From Botryllus schlosseri (lineage: Eukaryota), in contig CM119385.1 of NCBI GenBank assembly GCA_051294905.1, forward strand, positions 20,894,001 to 20,958,000: a stretch of DNA of 64,000 nucleotides, given 5' to 3'. Below are positions 55,838 through 64,000 of the stretch, piece by piece. The notes beneath the pieces are model-generated. The model had not been told where the DNA came from and ran no database searches. It worked only from the letters and a program-made list of their open reading frames with translations. A program made the position numbers and the translations under genes. Positions within the stretch are counted from its first letter, which is position 1, and each line of letters begins with the position of its first letter.

Positions 55838-57466
55838 CAGTGGTTCTCAACCGGGGGTCCGCGGACCCCTAGGGGTCCGCGAAGCAATTTCAGGGGGTCC
55901 GCGAGACCACTAAATTTTTAAAATGGTTGATAGCCTAACTTTTATTTTATTTTCTAATTGGAGAAAGCATGTGGCAGTTTCGCACCACAACTGCTAAAAC
56001 CTCATGGCTCATATCATCATCATAATTGTCTGACATGAACTATCGTAGTGTGGAAATTCAGTTTCATTGCCAATTTTCCAATAACCCGGTGATAAAAACA
56101 TATTGCTGTTTAAAGACGTTATGTTGGGATCCGTGAAAAAAAAATATGGAGATAGTAACGTCAATCAGGGTGACGTCGTAATGTCTGCGAAACCTTTTCG
56201 ATTCGAAGTTGTCAGTCTCATCAAATTAGTGAACAGTAGTTTGAAATGAAAATTTCCGAAGTGTTTCACTAATTTGTCCCAATGCAGGGATTGAAACCTC
56301 GCCACGCGAAATCCATTTTATCCTGTGATATACATAACCACTATTTGAGCAGTTTCTTGGAAAGAGAGAAAGAGAGATAGTCTTTATTTTCATGAACCAA
56401 AATACATAACAAACGGCAGTGATGGTGGTACAGAAAATGTGCGTGCACAGTATTCGGTATTAGATAGGAATGATCGATAAGACCGTGAAGGTAGAGAACT
56501 TCAATATGCAATTGAATACTATATATTCATATTGAAATGAACCAGACTGTTGTCGGCTGACACTCGTCATAAATCGGACAATGATATACCTGCTCTTAAA
56601 GCTCGGCTATCAATCAGATTTGGCACATTCTTATTGCGGATGCCCTATCGACAAGGCTGTTTTTTATGAACAAGGAGTGTTTCGTTGCTATCAAAGCATT
56701 ACGCTCCAACCCTGCAATTCATATCACCAGTTATATTGGTATGCAGACTTGTCTTGTTAATGTTCTTGGTCAATTGTTCATGGTCGAAAATGTTTGCTCG
56801 TCAATATATATGTAAACCGGAACAGAAGCTTCGTTTCATAACAGTCTTTCTAAGGTTGGAAAACTTGCGTCCATTCTTTGGCGAATAAAATTTGTCTATA
56901 CTTTATGATTAGGATTTCACTTTGACGGTAGAAACTCTCGGCGGGCCGCTCAAAATTTTGTCGCGGGCCGAATCTGGCCAAATGTCCGTATGTTGCCCAC
57001 CCCTGCGCGCTAGATGTTGGGCGGGATATCTTCATAAAATATATGTTTCCTCATTTTGGTGCCATAAATGTTGTGATCACACCAAAACTATCGTCGGAAG
57101 CATATGCGTTAATATTGAATTAGCCTCCATCTATATTTGCGGAAATAGTTTTCGGCACTCCTCGTTCATATCAAAACGAAGACGCGGATTTCCAAGACAC
57201 AACCACGTACTTCAATAAATACAGCAGCAAAATCAGCTTCGAGATATTAAAAGTATACCAATCTCTAAATAAATAGTAGGATGTTATTTTCAAGAAAAAT
57301 CGTTTATTTTGCTGTTTATCACAAGCCTCCAGTTCATATTTGCTCAAAACAGATGAAGGTTGCACCATAATAGAGCTAAAATTGAACTAACACTTGGGGG
57401 GGGGGTCCGCGAGGGTCCATGACGGTCAAAAGGGGTCCGCGAAGCCAAAAAGGTTGAGAAACACTG
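55838..57466. mobile_element. Non-autonomous hAT (Charlie-like) element inserted in a SINE
   Basis: TIRs CAGTGGTTCTCAACC / GGTTGAGAAACACTG, GGGGTCCGCG subterminal repeats, perfect TSD GCCTAGAG. Confidence 0.92.
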
Positions 57467-58063
57467 GCCTAGAGTGTCCGTTGTCACAGTTCTTTTCGAC
57501 GTTGATCTTTTTTTGAAGCCGCGGTCCTTTCTATTAGTTCTTTCCATTCCTTGTGTGCTTTCATTCTTCGGTTTTTTTTTCTGTTTTTTTTTTTGTCGCC
57601 GTAAGAACGGCGACAGCGGGGAAGAGGAGCCCAGATGAACCTCCGATGGGAATCGAAATAATAAACCCGGTCCACCGGCTTAGTAGGCCGCGGCTTCAAA
57701 GAGATCAACATCGAAAAAGAACTGTGACATCGGGCACTCTAGGCCGAGGTGGATGTTAGAGTAAAGGATCGCTACTGATGCGTGTCGTTCTACATCCTCC
57801 TATCTGTTCATGACATCGCATTGTGTCTTATCGCATTGTACATTGTGTGTGACTTGTTCAGATAAAAAATATAACCCAACCATGTTATCGTTACCACGCT
57901 ATCTCCCCCGACGACAAGAGGTGATCAAGTAGGACTTTTTTGAATCTATTATAAGGCAATTCACGGATATGTGGTGGCAATGCATTCCAGATGATATGTC
58001 CCGAGTAGTCGATTGATCTCATATAGTTACGTTGCTATTGGGTGGGGGCAATGATATATATAT

Positions 58064-58485
58064 CAGAGATGAGCATGGATTAGGATTAGGTTTTGAAAAA
58101 ACAGGATTTGTGAAATTTTTTCGGATTTGGATTGGATTTGGATTAGACATTTATTCCGGGACGTATTTGGATTGGATTTACCTATTTTCTGGGAAATTGA
58201 AATGTCGTGTGGCGAATGGCGACAAACTTTATTCAGATCAGTTATTAATGTACTTATGGTTACTAAGTTATCTTGAATCAAGTGAATCGTTGGCTGTGAA
58301 AGAAAATTTTCGAATCCCGCCATTGCATAAATTAGTATTTTTTCTGAATTTCCAGTTGGAATCGGATTAGGATTGGACATGGACTTGAATATGAAAAAAG
58401 TTATGGATTGGGATTTGGATTTGAATTTGAAGGTTCGGATTTGGATTGGATTAGGACATAGAAATTTCAAATCCGCTCATCTCTG
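58064..58485. mobile_element. hAT-type MITE with GGATT(T/A) internal repeats
   Basis: TIR CAGAGATGAGC / GCTCATCTCTG, TSD ATATATAT. Confidence 0.88.
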
Positions 58486-59032
58486 ATATATATATCATTG
58501 GGTCACCCAATTTGGGTGGGGGTAAGTAGATATTTCCTTTAGACGAGGATCTCGTGCAATGGGAGTGGACATTTTTAGAAGGCATGAAAAAGTCATCAAA
58601 CACAGGAGGCAAGCTATTGGAAAATATTTGTGAATGACTTTTGATACTTCGAAGCGATGTTTTTCTTAATCTAAGATGTGACTGATGTGAGAGTCAGGAT
58701 TTTCATCATTAGCCACTATTACAAGAGTGTGCAACTAAAAGTTGTTCAGACTCCTTCATATCCGATCACTGTATCGCATTTGCAATCTTGTGTTGTTTTG
58801 AAATGATGAAATTACTGTATTACTGCACTGAACTGAATGAGTGAGTGTGATGCCGATATGGATATAGCTCAGTGGATGCCAAGCGAGCAATGCAATCTAA
58901 TCTTCACGGATGATTGCTCGACAGGGTTGGATAGGTAAAGCCATAGCAACAAAGCCCAGAGGTTCTGAAATTGCACAGAGCCTGCCAATCGTCAATACGC
59001 GCAGAGTTAGATAAAGAACAGAGCACAGAAGA

Positions 59033-61160
59033 ATGAAATCTGGCACAGAATACACTAGTAAGACACAAATTCCCGGAAATGCAATGAATCAAGAAACGGA
59101 GTTTTCGATTTCGGTAATCTTCAGGGACACAAATGAGATCTTTGCTGTTCACAACGTCACTATTAAAATGACGATCGACGAATTGAAAGTCAAACTGGAA
59201 TTAATAGCGGGGATTCCTAAACGACTGCAAAGACTTATGTACCTTGATGAAGGTAAAAATGTTTTCGATTTTAGTTTTTATACACCGCACCGCTGAGTTA
59301 AAAAAAGAAATTCATTGTACATCCGCACTTCGATCAAAATATTGGCCTGATCTTTGGAGATATTACACTCCCTGGCGCCATTGATGTGGTATTTGTCAGT
59401 AGCAGTCAACTCAATTGCTTAGCAGCCTGCATTTAGCATACATGAAATTTTTTCTGTGTGTCCATGTTGAATTGCCATAAGATCCATAACATTTTTGTGT
59501 TGTTTGGATTTGGATGAAACGCCTGATTGGAGAATGAAACTCTGTGCTTACCATTGGATTTCCGGCAGGCAATAACATTCAAACCATGATTCTGTAATAC
59601 ACACATAATCTATATAATTTGGATGTGGCCATAATGCAGTATTGGTACATGGTAGCTGTGCTGTATTTCAAAGACCCTTTACTCATCCTTTTAGATTACC
59701 TAAACAAACTTTGAAGTAATATTTCTGCTCATTGAATTTGTTTTCTTGTTGTAGTTTTGATCTAGGCTATTCGGTAAGCTGTACTGCTTGAACTCTGGAG
59801 TGGCCTGTCCAGTTGACCACTTATATCTCAACTGCATCACTAGTTTCTGTATTCAGAACTGAATATCCATTTTCGTTGAATTAATACATTATGACTAGAA
59901 TTATGAGTATTCATTCATTCATCTAGGTGACATGGAAGATGTGAGTACACTGCAGCACCATGATATTGTATCAGATGCGAGGATCACAATGACAATATGG
60001 CGAGCTTGGAAAGAATTGATAAAAGCCTGTGTGAAGGGCGAGATCGTGCAGGTCAAATCCAATACTACACATAAAATGTTACAATGTAGCAAGATTCCAT
60101 CCTTTTGATATTATTAGGTTATGAAATTAGGCGTTACGCAAGATAGCAATTACCAAGATCCCAACGCTGATTTTATGAGTCCGGAGAAGAGAAAAGAGTG
60201 GTTTTTGGAGAGGCAATCCGTGGTGATTTTTGTGGCGGCACATCGAGGTCACGTAAATATAATGAAAAGACTGCTATTATCAGGTAGGAATATTGGAAAT
60301 ATTTTCAGTAATCGGAATAGATTATGCGGATTGGTATATGGTATATTGAACATACAATGTTATTTTTTGTTCTCTACTTGTTGCTGACGATTGACCCAAG
60401 TGTCAGCTGAAAATATTCAGGTTTATTTCGATATGAAAATACCAATCAATTGTATATTGAAGCTCTGTACCTCCAAGAGTTACTTTGTATATTGGATTAC
60501 CTGATGTCATACCGGTATTCATCTTAAGGTGGAAATATTTCAAAAGCTACAAAATGTGGCAGAACACCATTACACGTTGCAGCAGCTGCAGGTCAAGTCG
60601 CTTGTATAGATTTGCTTCTTTCTACTGGGGCTGGTAAGATTGGAAATCCATCTCATTGTACAGTACAACCTTTCAATATTATAACTGGATTATCACAGGA
60701 GATCTGATTAAATTAGAAGATAAATTTGGTAAAACACCGTTACAAATGGCAGCAGAACACGGTCACAAATCCAGCGAACGTAGATTGTTCTTATTCCAAT
60801 GGCAAGTGCGGGCCTCAAAAATGAAAACACAGCATATCCTTACGGAAAAGGATCTCATGGCGCATCAAATGCACGACTCAGCCTTGAAAACATGGATGGT
60901 TGGTTCTCACTCTCAGATGTATAACTCTACAATTTTGCCCCCTCAGGTATGTCGCCTGTGCTGTATTCAAGTTTGTGATTCTTGCAATTATCCTACGGAC
61001 TTGATGAAATGTACATTTCTAGCAATATGAAGCAACAGCACTGGAAGCCAAACCAAGCAAACATTACTACAGAGCTAAAAACAATTTTCGATCCGAGAAA
61101 GGAAGCGAGGAGTCTTCATATCGAGTCCCAAAAAGAACTAAAATATCCAATTCATCATGA
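59033..61160 (+). CDS. ANKRD60: Ankyrin repeat domain protein 60-like (N-terminal ubiquitin-like fold + ankyrins), 6 exons
   Basis: Exons 59033-59252, 59927-60051, 60118-60283, 60529-60633, 60699-60946, 61023-61160. ELIAGIPKRLQRLMYLDEG, FVAAHRGH and GRTPLHVAAAAG match ANKRD60. Confidence 0.82.
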
Positions 61161-62872
61161 GATTATATTCAGTCTTGCAAGCCTGCTTGGCAATCATGTG
61201 GATTATTTCGAACGCCTGAATCTTTTACTGCCCAATGTTACGTCAATATCCTGCACCAATGGATATTTGTTTCCTTAGAATTCAAGATTACATATGAAAT
61301 GTATGTTATGTGCAGCATATGTTGTGTGCATGCAATGCGACCTGGTATTTCACTCATGTTGCCTATTCAGTATTTTAAATGAGATGTTCAATGTCAACTG
61401 CGGTTTTACGGAAAAGAAATTGGTATCTGAAATTTGGCTGCGCTTCAGTTGTGGCGAAGATATAACCTGACTTGTTCTGATCTAGATAACTGGCTCCAGG
61501 GTTGTAACCAAGCCACAAGTCAATCTCACTTTTATAGTTTTGACTCAAGTCGAGTCATTTTCAATTCACCACCTAGTCAAGTCCAAGTTGTGATTCGAGT
61601 CATTGTGGTCACAGTTCAGGTCATGTGTTGAACCCACGAATTTCAACAATGCTCGGGTAGGGATATACCCATATACTATTCCTAGGATTTGTAATAGTAA
61701 TTTTCCTCACTCTTGATAGTTTAATCGTTGGGTTATATTTTTCATCTGAACAAGTCACACACAATGTGCAATGCGATAAGACACGATGCGATGTAATGAA
61801 CAGCTAGGACGATGTCGAACGACACGCAGTTGCGATCTTTTTAGACTGACATCCACCTCGGCATAGAGTGCCCGATGTCATAGTTCTTTTCGATGTCGAT
61901 CTTTTTGAAGTCGCCCAGTTCTTTCCATTTCTGGTGAGTGCTTTTCTTTCGTCGGGTCTTTTTTCTGGGCTTTTTTTATAGCCGTAAGAACGGTGACGGC
62001 GAGGGAAGAGGAGCCCAGATAAACCCCCGACGGGAATCGGACCGAGTTCGCCCGATTTGTATGCGCTTATCGTCAACACTACGCTATTTGCCCCGTTTCT
62101 TGTCCTATTTTTCTAGTAGGCTACCAGTACTGATAGACCATATGCCAATAATGTAATAACTTTACTATTCTTCGAAGTTCCAATGAAAGACCTGTCTTGG
62201 CTACTCCTAGTCGTTTCGGCATCTTCCTATCATCGTATTACAGTCTTGTGATGTTTTGAAGTGATGAAATTTTATGAATAAACTTGAACTTGGCCGTCCT
62301 AGTCTCGAGTCATATTATGACTTGGGTCGAGTCATGTCGAGTTATTATGAAACCCTGACTGGCTACACGACGATCTATAATACTTGGGGAGTGAGACGCG
62401 CAGCGTAATTCTGTCAATCTATATCTTATGTATGGAATCGGAGTCGTATTATCAGCTGCAAAGAGCTCGAGTTACGATTTTAAATTTGGTGTTGCCGTCC
62501 ATTGCCTATAAAAATCTAACGCCTAATGATCTAATTCTTGAAACTATACTCGAAAACTTTTCAAACCTTCATTTTTCTACATGAAGTAGACTTTGTACGT
62601 CTTAGGAATCGGTACGTGTGCTCGATATTTTGAAATTCACTACATTGGCATGACTTCAACCAACTCCCAAGTAGATGCGTCAGGGAGGGATTTCAATCCG
62701 AAATCCTGAATGCCAAGGTATGCACGATTCTCATTTTTTCTAACACCGGCAATGCCTGCATTAGAAGAGCGGCGGTTGTCGCGCTGTGGTCTCTCCATTA
62801 TTTTATTTATTCGTGGAATAATTCCATCATATTATAACATCAGACGATTACTACGCTAGCGTGCCATACCTG

Positions 62873-63464
62873 CGGAAAGACGGGAATCTGCTGAAACGCA
62901 ACAACGCCTCGCGATTCCATCCGGATCTGACGCGATCAATAAAGCTGCATTTATTTTGACTAATCGATTTCGCCTGTATCCGCCCATGCTCTTCATTTTC
63001 ATTGCTTGCTCATTTCTATGCCATCCTTCCGAATATCTCATTCAGTACGTACGTGGCGATATGTCATAGCTACGGAAAGACGGGAATCTGCTGAAACGCA
63101 ACAACGCCTCGCGATTCCATCCGGATCTGACGCGATCAATAAATAGCTGCATTTATTTTGACTAATCGATTTCGCCTGTATCCGCCCATGCTCTTCATTT
63201 TCATTGCTTGCTCATTTCTATGCCATCCTTCCGAATATCTCATTCAGTACGTACGTGGCGATATGTCATAGCTACGGAAAGAGGGGAATCTGCTGAAACG
63301 CAACAACGCCTCGCGATTCCATCCGGATCTGACGCGATCAATAAATAGCTGCATTTATTTTGACTAATCGATTTCGCCTGTATCCGCCCATGCTCTTCTT
63401 TTTCATTGCTTGCTCATTTCTATGCCATCCTTCCGAATATCTCATTCAGTACGTGCGTGGCGAT
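62873..63464. repeat. Tandem repeat, three ~200-bp units
   Basis: Unit starts CGGAAAGA at 62873, 63073 and 63275; units nearly identical. Confidence 0.95.
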
Positions 63465-64000
63465 GTGACTCACTTAACAACATTTTGTGTTTGTTTATTG
63501 ATATCACTGGGCGAAGTTGGGTGTTGGATTGACAACATAAATCAAGTCGTTTTGTATCCTTCCTATCTTTTCGCGATATCGCAATGTCGTAAGTACTCGT
63601 ACTTTGAATTCATGAAAATGATAACAAATGATGATTCTAATCAAATTTCGAGAAAAGTCTATCCTTTCGTGGTATCGCATTCTTGTGATGTTTTGAAACG
63701 ATGAAAATATTAATACAATCCATCCTCAAGATTACCGGAGCACGACTGACCTATCGATCTCGCTTCCCATGACATGCCGGCCATTTCTTGTCGCTTTCTT
63801 TTCTATACTATCTTCTTGACTTTTATTCAGTGTGCAACTGTGCAATGTGCATGCCTCCTCTTTACATAGCCTAGGCCAAGGTGGGTGTCTGATTCCATAG
63901 ACTACTCCAAGTGGCTTCGACATCTTCCTGTCTTTTCATTGTATCGCATTATTGTGGTGTATTGAACTGATATGAATTGCTAATAAGCCAATGATGATGG

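Overview
AT-rich eukaryotic (invertebrate metazoan-like) genomic DNA with spliceosomal introns; no prokaryotic features. I reconstructed nine protein-coding genes by hand. In order: TELO2 (-, 3' part not resolved, probably runs off the left edge), ANKRD10 (+), ZFAND1 (-), MIF4GD (-), METTL22 (+), ALKBH5 (-, 9 coding exons), a double-BTB kelch gene (+), an SLC13 Na+/carboxylate cotransporter (+, 13 exons) and ANKRD60 (+, 6 exons). Short introns cluster at 60-86 nt; most long introns and spacers hold hAT-type MITEs (several with 8-bp TSDs), tRNA-derived SINEs, truncated LINEs and Penelope-like remnants. The most striking signal is a minimal type I hammerhead ribozyme motif (38402-38439) just downstream of a Penelope GIY-YIG C-terminus, plus about nine degenerate dispersed copies whose stem-III palindrome covaries (AATATT vs AAGCTT). 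Also notable: MIF4GD and ZFAND1 are only 118 nt apart (bicistronic, operon or nested-gene candidate), the ANKRD10 C-terminal motif lies in the +1 frame, and a block of intron-poor genes sits beside an intron-rich ALKBH5. Gene names rest on my recall of human orthologue motifs, not on database searches.
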